This document shows, in pieces, positions 22,461 to 35,630 of a DNA stretch of 64,000 nucleotides. Origin of the DNA: Callorhinchus milii (lineage: Eukaryota); assembly GCF_018977255.1 (NCBI RefSeq), contig NW_024704742.1, forward strand, positions 33,048,001 to 33,112,000. Direction: 5' to 3'. Both the position numbers and the translations under genes were made by a program. The stretch's first letter is position 1, and every line of letters starts with the position of its first letter. The notes below the pieces were generated by a model, which saw only the letters and a program-made list of their open reading frames with translations, ran no database searches and was not told the origin of the DNA.

Positions 22461-24565
22461 AATATTCTCATGGCTCAAAAAAGGTGAATGTGTTAAAAGG
22501 TGATTACACAATCCATCAGAGCATGTTGTGGAAAATAAAGGATGGGAGAATAGTGGCCTTCTGACAGGTTATATTAATCTGAGAGAGGTGATTAAAATAA
22601 TGGAACAAGCTAGATGATGGCTGTTCTTCTCACTGCAAGATGGACAGAAAGCAAGAGGATCATAATGTTACAATTAGAACCAGGTTGGTTGGCAGAGGGA
22701 TCTGGAACCATTTCTTATACCCAGGGTTGTGAAAATGTGGAATGCACTGCCCCTGTAGGCTCTAGAAAACCAATAGGATGCTTACAAGGGAGATGGATGA
22801 ACAGTCGAAAAGGGAAGGAAATGGGATTAAAAAATCTGCCATGATTTAATAAAATGGTGGAACAGGTTTAATGGGCTGAATGGCTACCTCCTGTTCCTAA
22901 GTTTCCATGCCCATTTCTGGCCATGAATTAATCAGGTATGGGCCATTTAAGATGAAAGATGGGAAATTGTTTCCCCAGTTGATTTTCAAGTTAATGAGGT
23001 CTTGTGTGTATGATGATGATTTACTGATGATGGCAACAGGAACTCAATTAATCTCTGGCGTAGCCAATTTACTGCATTAGTTAAATGGGAACTCTGGTTT
23101 GGGGACTTTCTGTTTAGCTAATACCATGAATTCTAACTCTAATACACAGCACTGTTCCAAAAGAGTAACTTGGGTTAAGCACTATTTTGAAATATAGAGT
23201 GTTCTGCAGGAGAGCAAACTAAGGTAGGTGTTGGCAATAAACAACCATATCGTCTATGAGTCTCTGGCTTAGACCCTCTATCACCTGCAGTACAGAAAGA
23301 AGGAAGAAAAGCTCATGTGGGGAGCTGTAAAACTACATATAAGTTTGGAATATTTTAACGAGATGAGGTAATGCCAATGAATCATTTCATTGTATTTTTA
23401 AATGCCATTGGTTTAATGTTGACAAAAGGTTATAGAATATATATGTGTATGTTGTAGCTTAAATGTTTGCAAGTTTATTTGACTGAAATGTTTTCTGGTC
23501 AGAAAATTTAGGTCATATTCCAGGGCCTTGGGACCCTCGATGTGAAAGGCGCTATACAAATGTAATTTATCGTTGTTGTCCTGTTTTTATGTGAGCAATA
23601 CTTAAGATTGTGATATTGTGCATTGCAAAATCAATGCCATATCCTCCAATAAATATACATTTTTATTATTTGGGACTACATAAATTGCGATCCATAAAAT
23701 TCTAACCTGTACTATCGCGGTTTCACTGTGCATGCTTGCAGCTTGCAGGCTCCCACGCTAAAAGAAGAAATGTATTGACTTCTATTTTAGCATGAAGTTC
23801 GGTCGTTGTGCAGGAAGAGAGCGACTGGCTGTGTGTGTACGCACTGAATGGTGTCTACAGTGCAACCACGTTACAATCAAATTCAGACTACAAAGAAGCG
23901 AGTCATAACTGATCTGCATTGCTATCTTGCTTAAATCAACTAACTATTGTGTTCTTTTCTAAGGAACCATAATTTTTCCAGTTTTTACTTAACTGTATTT
24001 TTGTACCATTAGAAATGTATCAATTTGGAGGAGGGATTAGATTTCCAGTAGTGAAGTCTATACAAAAATGAAGATTAATATCATGTGGAGAGTTCTATTG
24101 GGAAAATAATCTGAGGCTGATGAACCTTTCCTGGCACGCTTCACGTTTCTGAACAGGGTACAGATCTGCTCTTGCCTCAAGCATTCAATCTGGAATAGTC
24201 ATTGCTCCTCTGAATATTTCTGTCTAATGCTTCAGAATACAACACCACTTGCTCTTTGTCATTCTTAGAATCTCAGTATTGAAGTCACAATTCATCTCGC
24301 TGTCGGCTGTACATTTTCTATCCCAGCGTCTCCAAGATTATGAAATCCCTTATTTCCCTCAGCGTTTCTTTCCGTATACAATCTATTTGTTTTTAAAATC
24401 ACACAATCACTATTTTATTTTACTCATTCCTCTTTCATGCGTCTTTTCAACATTGGTCACGCACCACATTATTGGCCAATTGTTTGCCTAGATTCCCTTC
24501 CCTCTCCTAAAAGTGCTGATTTAAGATCTTTCTCTTCAAGCCTTTGTAAACCTAATCTATCACCT

Positions 24566-24889
24566 ATAATAATAATAATAATCCTTGCATTTGATATAAC
24601 GCTTTTCACGTCGGGAGGACGTCCCAAAGCGCTTCACAGAACACACTGTAAAGTGAATTGACTGTATATTTGTGGGCGAACGCGGCAGCCAATTGCGCAC
24701 AGCAATGTCCCACAAACAGTCGTAGATTGAAAATGACCAATTTATTATTGTTTTTTGGTTTTGGAGGGATTATTATTAGGCTCTGTGTGGAGTAAGGAAA
24801 CTTGCCCAAGGTTTCGCCCTCTGCCTGGAATTGAACTCAGGTCTCTCGCTTGCAAAGCGAGTGCTCTAACCACTGAGCTACAGGACTCC
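24566..24889 (-). mobile_element. SINE family A, short form, full head
   Basis: The minus strand starts GGAGTCCTGTAGCTCAGTGGTTAGAGCACTCGCTTTGCAAGCGAGAGACCTGAGTTCAATTCC (A box, TGC anticodon arm, B box), then CCTTGGGCAAG (CORE-like), an L2-type tail and (TTA)n. Confidence 0.9.
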
Positions 24890-26199
24890 ACGGTCCTGAA
24901 TGGCTTGCTGATACAGCCAGAGCCGACAGCACAGCAGTTACTCTGACAACTGAAATGGCACATCTCCAATAGCCTCTAGAAATGGATAAATTTAGGAGCT
25001 TCTCCTTAGATGAACTTCCTTTGGTTACCCAGTGTACCAATTTTGATCAGGTCAACTTGTGAGTAAACTAGATCAATGTTCATTATCAAAGAGGCTATGT
25101 ATAATGGCAGGAAGGATTTCACTACTACATTTTTCACAATACATTGAGGGAGAAGAAGTGATGGAGTAGGGGGGTAAATATCTGCATTAGAAAGATTCTT
25201 TCTGTGTTTTTTTTCTTAAAAAGGGGAGAAAAGTTAATTTAATATTTAATTTGAGGGTTTTAATTAGTTGTCAGAATGTAAAAATATGCTGTTCAATCAA
25301 ATTAATTGCAACACTAAGGATATGAAACATAAAAACATTGTATGGACTACAGTGGGTTCCAATAAATGTCACTCTGGGTGGTAAAAAATAAGAGTACATT
25401 CTTTTTTGAATGTGCTGAATGTATTTTGAATGGAAAGAAAAATGTTCGATTTTTCCTCTCAGGAAAACAGCTGAAGAAAAATAATTTGGCAATTTAAATA
25501 AAAAGCAGTAACTGATGTCAAACTTTAGCCTCATTTGACAATTTTTTTTACTGTCTTAAGAGTATAAGGATTCCTAGAAGAGGAAGGTTTTGTTCTGGGA
25601 AATGTTCTACAAAATAATTGGTGCAATTAGTTGTTTGAAGATGTGGGACCTTTGTAGCATTTGCATTTAATTTATATAATGGTCACGATCTGCAACCCAT
25701 GTGTCAAAGATAGGTGGCTTATTTATTTGAGCCCACAGTGAAAGAGCAGGCTGATGTACTCTTGTGGGTTCTCTGAATTACAATTAGTTTTGCCCTGGCC
25801 AACAATCTTCCTGATGAATTGGGCATTCACCTCAGGCCTGTTTGTGGGACCTTGCAGGTGGCTGCTGCTATTGCCTACAAAGGCAGTCATCACACTTGAC
25901 AGTAATTACTTGTGAAGTGCTTTTGAGACATCTTGGTATGATAAGGTGCTATAAAAATGCAATTTTCTTTCTTCCTGGGATCCATAAGGCCATTAATATC
26001 CACTCAATATGGTTATATCACAGATTGGAACATTTTTATTGAACGAAGATGAGCAAAATGGGAATTATGCTGAACATCACACAGGTTTATGGTGCAGCTT
26101 TATCTAAGAGCTAGGATTATCTGTAGCTGATAAAATGCTCATTAAGCAATGAGTGTGCCCTTACCTTTATGTCTAAGGATATTAATAGTAAAATTTAGG

Positions 26200-26560
26200 A
26201 AACTTGCATTTTTAGGGTTTCTTATCCAGTCACAACATCTCAAAGGGCTTAACAATCATGTTTTGCCCATTTCTATAAGCAGGTACAGCCATTTTGCGCA
26301 CTGCAATGTAGCATATACAGCTGCAGGATGAATGACTAATTTACCTGGAGGATTGTTGGCTCGGTTACAAAGAGAAACTTCTCCCTTTTTCGCATACTGC
26401 CATAATATCTAATGTTCAATGGAAGAACAGGCATCTTGTTTTAACATCTGAGCTGAAGGATGGCATCTCCAGTGATACGTCAGCCTTGAGTGTGAACTTG
26501 TGTTGCATTGGGAATTGAACCCATGACTTTGTGATCCAGAGGCAAGAGTGCTACAGCCAA
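26200..26560 (-). mobile_element. Deu-domain SINE, decayed
   Basis: Homology to 44691-45105. Confidence 0.6.
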
Positions 26561-27499
26561 GGTAGTCTGAACAAATACTGCATTAAAGTTGACATTCTCA
26601 GAATGCTATATAATTTTTTTTAGAACAATTTACAGCTTCAGGCATTCAGACTACCAGTTACGAGGGACTAAACTCTCACAGTGCTAAATTTCTCATTAAC
26701 TTTTGCATTATTTCTAAGCCTGAAGAGCCATTATATCATTCCTTTTTTTAATCCTTTGTGTATTGAATGTCCTTTACCAGTTCTAATTTTNATATTCTAT
26801 AAGTCGTTTTGAATTGAAATGTACAAAACCATTAGTATTAAAAACATCATAGTTTCTAAGTGTAAAGTCACTTCAGTGCAGACTAAGGTTAACAATTATT
26901 TACCAATTTTGAGCTTTTCAACTCTCGACTTGAGTATGAGGTTATCCTTTGACAAACTCTGAATTGCCTGCCCTATGTCCTCACATTGTTAAAACGAACA
27001 TTGCTCTTGTATGTATACAAGTAGCAAATGGAGTATTAATGCCCTTGAGCACTCCAGTAAAAATGCCAATTTGGAATAACATCTAAACGAACTCATTGTC
27101 ATCTCAACAAAGAATGGGATGTTTGGCGCTGTTTGTAATATTGTAATGAGATGGCTACAATGGGGTATGTTTCTGTGATGCGTCTCATGTTTTTAAACTT
27201 TAAACCAGGATTGTTGAACCCAGATACATACTGAGCCACATGTGTGGCTTGTTTATCATCGACAGGGCTTTGAAATAATATTACAGAGGTGTACACTGTC
27301 CAGTATCCAGCGCCTTGGGATGTCCTCCCGACGTGAAAGGCGCTATACAAATGTAATCTTGTTGTTGTTGATTGTAATAGGGCAGTATGAATAATATTTC
27401 ACTATCTCAATGTCCTTTGTCTGTAGTAGACTAAATGATGTGCAGTTTATATTTATTGGCTTTGAGATGTGTCCGATGTAGCTAGATTGATGAAGCAAT

Positions 27500-27905
27500 A
27501 TATAATAATCCTTACATTTGATTTAGCGCATTATCACATTGAAATGAATCAAATTGCTTCACAGGATTTTACTGCAATGTGTAGTGACTGTGCAGGCGAA
27601 TGTGGCAGCCAATTTGTACATGGCAATATCCCACCAACATCCATGAAGTGAGTGACCAATTTTATTTGGGGGATTGTTGGCCAAGACACCAAAAGAAACT
27701 CCCTTCTCTTTTCAAATAATATCATTGGATTTTTACCGTTGAACGAGCAGACTTCAGTTTCATCTGAGAATGACCCTTCCGTCAGTGCAGTACTTCCTCA
27801 ACACTGCAATGGAGTAAAAGTCTAGACTATGAGCTCAAGTTCCAATTTGGGTTGTAAACCCACAAACATATGATTTGGAGGTGAGAGTAATACCAACTGA
27901 GCAGG
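27500..27905 (-). mobile_element. Deu-domain SINE
   Basis: Tail, Deu core and head are all recognisable. Confidence 0.72.
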
Positions 27906-29242
27906 ATTGACATCAAAAAGCCTTTTAATTTTTTTTAACTCACTACATTTTACTAGATTTTCAGTTTCCTCAGGAATTACATTGAATTAATTTACATCTG
28001 ATAATTTCAGATACAACCTGATAAAACGTCAAATATTAGAAACTTGTAATTCTGCCTATCTCACTTTGCCCAGGCGATCTAGCAATGTGACGTGCTGGTC
28101 TATGACTAATATGTCATCTGATTGTTTGCTGAATTGTCAACCACCCATTGTGAATGTTCTTAATAGTGCAGATTTACTATTAGGAATGAGCTTTTATGAA
28201 TAATAGTAATTGTGAAACTTTGACATTTGAAAGAAATACTATGCAGAAACATTTTACTGGTACATCATTTGCAAAGTGGTTTCAACTTTTGAGCTACAAA
28301 AAATCTTTAGGATCATCTCTCTGCTCTCAAACCTCCTTGTTCAGTTTAGATGTGGAACAATTGCAATTTATAATCCTGTCATAACCCATCACTGACCTGG
28401 TTAGGTGTTAGTTGGCTGATCAGCTTTACCTTGGAGAGTAATCATGCGCTCCAATGATGGAGGCACGATCTGCCTAAACCCACATATTTGTGTCAGGTTT
28501 AGTTCCACGCGGAATATTTATATATTATACCCAAACGTTACATTTTTACCTAAAAGACCAAGCGAGAATTTTCTGATGATCATAGTCACAGAATAGCCCA
28601 ACCCACTGCACACTGACTATTATGAAGGTGTTGTGACATCTGCTCCATAAGGGTGTGGATTTATGAGCATCAGGAGCAATCCGCCACCTCGTGCGAATCA
28701 TGGCTATGAAGAGGAGTGATTTATTGTGGTGGGGGAGGGGGAAGAGAGAAATGAAAGAGAAATGTCCTTGGTTAGTTATTTAACTTTGTTAGATAGCTAT
28801 TATAATTTAATCATTACATAACTTGGAACTTTTATGGTTCTTTTTAAAGTTCCAGTTTCTCTTTTGCATTTCATTTTTAATATTGTTACTTTAAAGAGCT
28901 GTGTTTCTGAAAGATTGTGTTAAAATAATGGAATAGATGTTATATGCTGCTTAGGTGTTTACTCTTATAAATGCTGGTAATTTTCCACATCATGAGTTGA
29001 TGGGAGCACTTTGGATGAACAAAGCCATTTGACTCAAATGAGCTTATTCTTCCAGAATGCCAAATCTTAGTTGTCTTCCCATTATGACATCAAGCTGGTC
29101 CTTAAATTCCTCCAGTGTCCTGACCTCAACCATCCTTCCTGATAACCAGCTCCATCTGTTGAATATCTTCCTTTTTTTAAAAAAAACTTCTTGGATTTGG
29201 CCTGAAGCTCTATCCAATTGTGTATATTAATTCACTTTACTA

Positions 29243-29932
29243 CAACAACACCAACAACAAAATGACATTTGTATAGCACCCTTCACATTGGCAGGACGTC
29301 TCAAGGCGCTCGATAATCAGTGTTTCGGACCGAGCTGGGAGTTCGGATCAGGGAGGGTGGAGGGCGGGGGGGGGGGGGGTGAGGGAGGGTAACCGAAGGC
29401 ACGGTCGACGAGGATGGTCTTGATTGCTCTTCAAACAAGACCCCAAGGTTCCGGACTGGCTTAGTAAGGTGGAGTGTGCATCCACAGATGGTGATGCTGT
29501 CAGCACCTGAGGTGTGGAGGTGCTGACCAGAGCCAATCAGGAGGGACGTCCTCCTGACGTGAAAGACGCTATACAAATGTAATCTTGTTGTCGTTGTTAT
29601 TGTTGATGCTCAACTGTAGAAAATTAGCTCTCATCCAGAACTTGATGTCTGACAGACATTCTGTCAGCACAGCAGTGGTCCTGGAGTCGAGGGTGGAGGT
29701 AGAGAGATAAAGTTGAGTGTCATCCGCATACATGTGGAAATTGACCCCATGTCTGTGGATGATGTCACCAAGAGGGAGCATATAGATATTGAAGAGGAGA
29801 GGACCAAGGACAGAGCCCTGAGGAACGCTGCACAAGCGTTAGTGCGGGGGCTGGAGGAGAAGCTGTTTGTGGAGATGAAGTGGAGACAGTGTGAGCGGTA
29901 GGTTCTGAACCATTCAAGGACAGAACCATGGA
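29243..29932 (-). mobile_element. L2 with RT core, internally deleted, with a + strand tail-only insert at 29543-29605
   Basis: [20 protein letters not shown]...[11 protein letters not shown] reverse-transcriptase motifs; 3' tail at 29243-29310. Confidence 0.9.
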
Positions 29933-30338
29933 AACTCCACTGGCTTCCCATCACGCAGACGATACAGTTCAAGATCCTGGTCTTCACCTTCAAAACCCTC
30001 CATGGTCTTGCTCCTCCCTACCTCTCCGACCTCCTAACCCCCTACCATCCTGTTCGCTCCCTCCGCTCAGCAGGCTCTGGCCTGCATCACGTCTCCTGCC
30101 TTGCTCGTCCCACTATCGGCTGGCAGGCCTTCCGCCACTTTGCATCCACCCTCTGGAACTCCATCTCGCAGTCCCTCCGTCTCGCCCCCTCCCTCGCCAC
30201 CTTCAAGACCCACCTCAAGACCCTCTTCTTCGACTGTGCTTTCGATCTCCCTGCTTCCCCCCAACCCTCAGCTTGGGTCTGAAACTCTGTCTGTCCAGCG
30301 CCATATTACGACATAAATGCAATTTTGTTGCTGTTATT
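29933..30338 (+). mobile_element. L2 3' fragment, head-to-head with the previous element
   Basis: LHWLP...FKILVFTFKTLHGLAPPYL-type sequence; damaged tail. Confidence 0.88.
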
Positions 30339-32384
30339 GAAGGTTGAGGTGAGAGGAGAAACAGTGGAAGAGGATAGAGTGGTCAATGGTATCGAACAGT
30401 ATAAGCACCAGCAAAGGTTCCACAAATAACAGAGTTGTCAAGGATCATCATAATAATAATAGCACTTGATACAGCATCTTATCACATCTTCGAGATGTCT
30501 CAAAGTACTTCACAGAATACTGTAAAGTGAATTGACTGTATTTTGTGGACGAAACTAAGTATTGGTTATGCACTGTGCTTAGCCTTGCAACTTTTCATTC
30601 TGAAGGGAACTTTTGGATTGTTTTCAATTGAGTCAGCTACAATGACTAAACCAGTTATGCCACTTTTTGGGGTAAAATTTACAAGATCCTGGATTTTCCC
30701 TTTAAAAGAAATCGCAAGTTCACTTCACTCTTTAAGTTGGACCAGGCTTACAAAGCAGTCTGCACTTTTTAATTGATTCTCCAGAAGGAGTTGTTTGTTC
30801 AAGACTTGGGCATTGTGCCAAACCAGGGAGAGATTTTAAACCGCCAAAGTCACTGAAATCTTTTGCTGCAGTGACGTTTGTTAATCTGCTCATGCAGTCT
30901 CTAGAATGGTGACGCCAATAATTTTTTATAAACTGCTAAATTTATTGCTCTTTCTCTAATGCAAAGGTCAGACTACAACTAAGACTTGGTATGTTCGCAC
31001 CCTAAATATAAAGATAAGCCTTTAGGACTGAATGTCAAAAGCATGATCTAGGCCTCATGTGCATTAAGACAGCCTTTTGTTAGTTAAATGGGCTCAGTAG
31101 AGTACATTGTGTTTATGCTCTCCTGAATGCACCTTATCTTAAAAATTGTGCCAGCAGCATTGTGTTCCATAGTGAATGTTTATCCATTCATTGACCGCAA
31201 TGGTTGTGTATAGCTTTGTACTCTCACGATTTGAAAGATAGAACTGGGAATTTGTTTACAAAGCCTGGTCGTGTTGAAATGCCTCCAAGTGATTCAGTGG
31301 TAATTACTGCCAAGTAGTGAATTTTTGTAGGCCAATGCAATAGCCATCTGTTCCAGCAACGTCCACAAAAACAGCCATGAAGGACCAATTAATCTGAAGA
31401 ATTGTTGGCCAGGATGAATGCTCCTGTGATTAGCAGGATCTTTTAACATCCGCCTGAAAAAGCAGATGGGACCTTGGTTTAACCCCCTTTCTGAGAGACA
31501 GTCTCTCTGTTAATGCAGGCTTTGATTGACAGCCGAGTCCCTCTCCCTCCCAACTTTCAAAGCCTGCCTCAAGATTTACCTCTTTGACTGACTTTTGGTC
31601 ATCTTCACCCCATCCACACCTGATCCTCCTCAGGTACCCAACCAACTGTGAGCTTTGAGATGTCCTCCAGATACAAAAGGCGGTACATAAATGTAAATTG
31701 TATAATGAATTCTGCGAACTGATATATAGGGCTTGAATTTTCTGACTCAAAGGTGAGGGTTACTACCAACGAAGTCATGCTGACACTGCGAATTGTGTTA
31801 CATGTTAGAAACTGAGTACATTTTGTATTTATGCTAATATTAAGAGGGTTTGTCTTATTCTAGTTTTACGGAAATCTGAGCTATTTTCATTAAAACGTGC
31901 CCTCAAACTCAGGACATCTTCAACAACAACAACTTGCACTCATATAGCGCCCTCCACGCAGGGTAGCGTCTCAGAGTGCTTGGCGGAGCCTGTCTCCGAA
32001 GCAGGTGGGAGGTGGCCGTAAGCATGGTCGAAGAGGAGGACAGACCAACTTCAGAATTCAGTAAAGTTTCTTTTTCCCAGAAAACCTCTGAAATCTGCCT
32101 GTGTTCTAGATTTGAGTAAATGTGGTAGTCTCAATGTCTATGCATTGAGTCTTAACTGTGACAATTTTGTAAACCTTGCTGATTTGTAAAATTGCAAGAA
32201 TTTCAAAATGTGTATGACTGATTCACACAAAATCCTGCAGTTCCCTTTGTGGTTTTACTTCCCTTTTTATCTTCAGCACATTTCACAGAAAAGTGTTTTT
32301 TTTCACAGAGAAATTAAATGTAAATTTATTGTAGCTGGGTTATTCTCAAACTAGTATGAGACTGCTGCCAACTTGAGCACATTG

Positions 32385-32705
32385 AGAGCACATTGAGAAA
32401 TCATGTTCAGTTTTGAGCACCTTACTTTATGAAGGATGCAAAGAGCTTGGAGGCGATTCAGAGGAGGTTTACAAGAAAAACTAAGATGAGGGGTTGGGTT
32501 TTGACAGGTTAAATGGTGAGTCTGTGATTTTGGGACACAGATTTAGTAGTCACAAAAGAAGAGCGAAAGGAGAGTTTAGGAGAATATTTTTTTTCCTGCT
32601 CAGAGTTGGATCTGCCAAGAAAAGTGGTAAAGGCAGAGTCCATTGTGGGATTCAAGAGGATAGCAGATGGGTATATGAAAGTTAGAAGCTTAAAGGGGTA
32701 TGAGG
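32385..32705 (+). mobile_element. Old CR1 3' fragment
   Basis: Decayed VQF(W)APYFMKDAKSLEAIQRRFTR segment and 3' end. Confidence 0.7.
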
Positions 32706-33194
32706 ATAACAATAAAATAATTATCCTTAAGTTTTGATTAGCCCCTTTCAAGTTGGGAGGACATCTTGAAGCACTTCCTACAATTGACTGTAATGACTGT
32801 AATATGTAGTGATGGTGCAATTTGTAGGCGAATAGGGCAACCAATATGTACACAGCAATATACCACAAACTAAAAAATTAACACTTAAAAAATCAGGCAA
32901 TACATCTTTCATCTGTAGCACTTTTCACTGAGGAGAACATCTCAAAGTACTTTTCAGAGACTCTTTACAAACTGTGTACGGTACAGTATTTATAATAATA
33001 ATAATCCTTGCATTTGATATAGCGCTTTTCACGTCTTCTAGATGTCCCAAAGCGCTTATTTGTTCATTGTTATTTGTTCATTGCCATCATGCCTATAATG
33101 TCTTGTGCATTCATGCTTAAAAAAAATTATTGGAAACAACACTTCAACAGCAATTCATGTGTATCGCACCTATGGAGGCATGATTTCTGATTGA

Positions 33195-33535
33195 ATAATA
33201 ATGATCCTTGCATTTGATATAGCGCTTTATCATGTCTTTGAGACGTCTCAAAGCGCTACACAGAATATACTGTAAAGTGAATTGACTGTATATTTTGTGG
33301 CCAAAATGCAGCAGCCAATTGCGCACAGCAGTGTCCCACAAACAGTCGTGGATTGAAGTGACCAATTTATTATTATTATTTTTACCCTCGGAAAATCGAT
33401 CCGCCAATCCACTAACAACCAGATTCCTACTTACTGCTAGGTTAACAGAGGCGTGTGCAGTTAAGGAAACTTGACCAACATTTCACCCTGCCAGGAATCG
33501 AACCCGGGTCTCTCACTCGCGAAGCGACTTCTCTA
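33195..33535 (-). mobile_element. SINE family A, long form (extra tail fragment at 32993-33057)
   Basis: Homology to the other copies in the window. Confidence 0.88.
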
Positions 33536-35089
33536 GAATTGTTGTACCTGTACCATAAATTGTTAAATCAAAGCCAAGAACAATAAATCTACAGTTTCAA
33601 ACCAGAATTGGATCGTTCTCTTTTTTTCTCCTACGTTGTTGAAAAGCATCTCACACTGCTGCTGTGTGAGTCGTTGGCACTAGCAGTCCTCCAGTAACTC
33701 ATCTAATGAGATTTGACATTCCAGTTGTGGAATATTTCATTCAACGTGCTGGCAGTTTGCACTGTCAACCAATGATCGCAGGAATGACTGTAGGTGTGGG
33801 AGGTGACTGCCTCAAAGGAGTTCTTATTATAATGTGCAAATGAAAAAGACTAGAGAAAAAAATGCTCAAGTTAGTTAACCAGGGTCCACGGGGTGACCTT
33901 AAAGTGAGTTTCTCCTGTATTGTGCTTAATGCTGTTATATTGCAGCTAGTGCAAGGTCAAAATACAGTGGAGCTGTGTTGTAACACACCTTGTGCCAGCT
34001 GGCTTGCTTCTACAATGTGTTGGAGGAAGTTAGAGTAGGCAGTGACCTGATGACCAGGAAGTTGGCCACTTTTTTTTAGTGTGGAAGCTGGCAGGTGCAC
34101 AGGAATCAAGGCGTCTAGCTGTGTCTGTGTGCACTAAATGTAGAAGTCTTGCCAACTATCACGGCTTTGTTGTAAGGCGGATTGGGATTTCAATTGATGC
34201 AAGACGTGCACTGTTGCAGCTCTGTAACACACATCTTCTTCGTGAAACATGCCTCTTTGACCTTGATTAGTCACCTTTCCCCTCGCAATCTACACCCCCA
34301 CCACTTGCCACAACACCAGCTCCTATCCCCAACTCAGATGAGGTGCCCATCCAGTGCTGTGAAGCACTTAGAGATGTCCTTCTGGTGTGCAAGGCACTAT
34401 ATAAATGTGCATAAACATTTATGCACATAAACTGACTAGAAATTCAATGAATTTTGCTATATCCTTGCATTCAAAATTTCTTCTTTCCATAAGAAAGGTT
34501 GGCTTTGTTCATAATTTTGTATGGTCACTGTAACTGAGGCCCATTAAAAATATGAACTTTTAGAGATCAAGAGAAGACTGACTGTCTCTGTATGGAATTG
34601 GCAAGAAAATTAGGTGCTTAAAATTACTTAACTTCATGATCAATGTATGCTTACTCTCCACTGAACTTAGGGTTTCACAAAAAAATGTAGATGCTGCACT
34701 GAAACCTGCTGAAATACAAACCTGCAGCTATGTCCTACTGTACATCAAGTTGAGTATAAATTATTAAATAAGTATCACCCCACTTTCCTATTCTACCTAG
34801 TCGATCTTGTAGTTCACATAATAGGTTTTGAATAATGTAAGTGAACAGCTTGTGCCTTTGGGAGGGAAAGTACTTTCTGTATGTAACTAATCAATGGTTG
34901 AATGTCCAATCTAATTCTGTATAATTGCATAGTTATAGTTACAGCTATAATTGGAAATGTAAAATTCCAGGCAAAGCTAATCCATTTCTATGCTCATAGG
35001 GTGGTGAAAACAACTACCTACATGATGGTTCAGCAGGGATGTTGGAACATTTTGGGGGCACAGTAATTATTTGAAAGAACCCGAGAAGA

Positions 35090-35630
35090 ATTTATATAGT
35101 AGTTTTCACATTGGGAGGATGTGTCACAGGGCTTTGCAAAGGTGACTGGGCACCTGAGTTGCAGGAGGGGGGATTGGAAGGTGGGAGGAGAATGACCGAA
35201 TGCACAGTGGAAGAGATGAGTCTTAAGGCAGGCTTTAAAAATGGTGGTGGGGGGGGGGGGGGGGGGAAGAGAGGTAGAGGGATGTTAGGATGGAGTTCTA
35301 GAGAATGGGGGCAGAAAAGCTGAAAGCTTACCACGCTGTCGGTGATGCAGATCAACCTGGGGACGTCTAGCAGTCACTGTTAGCTGAGCGGCTGGATCAG
35401 TAGGGTTGCAGAGGTTGGGTGGAGTGAGACCATGGAGGGATTTGGATATCATAACGAGGCTTTTGAATTTGATCTGGTGGGGGATGGAGAGCCAATGCAG
35501 CCGAGGAAGAGGCTGATAGGCTCATGGAGCCTGGTGTGACAGAGGACATAAGCTGCAGAGTTCTAGATGGTCTGCAGCTTGTGGATAAAGGAACTGGAAA
35601 GTCCCACAAGGAGATAATCAAACTTGGATT
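35090..35630 (-). mobile_element. Decayed L2 3' fragment
   Basis: Homology to 4627-5180. Confidence 0.75.

Noticed and set aside
24818..24889. tRNA-Ala(TGC) gene (also 43064-43135; tRNA-Gln-like at 44691-44760)
   Set aside because: No proper acceptor stem, and each is always fused to a SINE body and tail, so these are SINE heads.
26791..26791. Single ambiguous base (n)
   Set aside because: Assembly ambiguity with no biological meaning.
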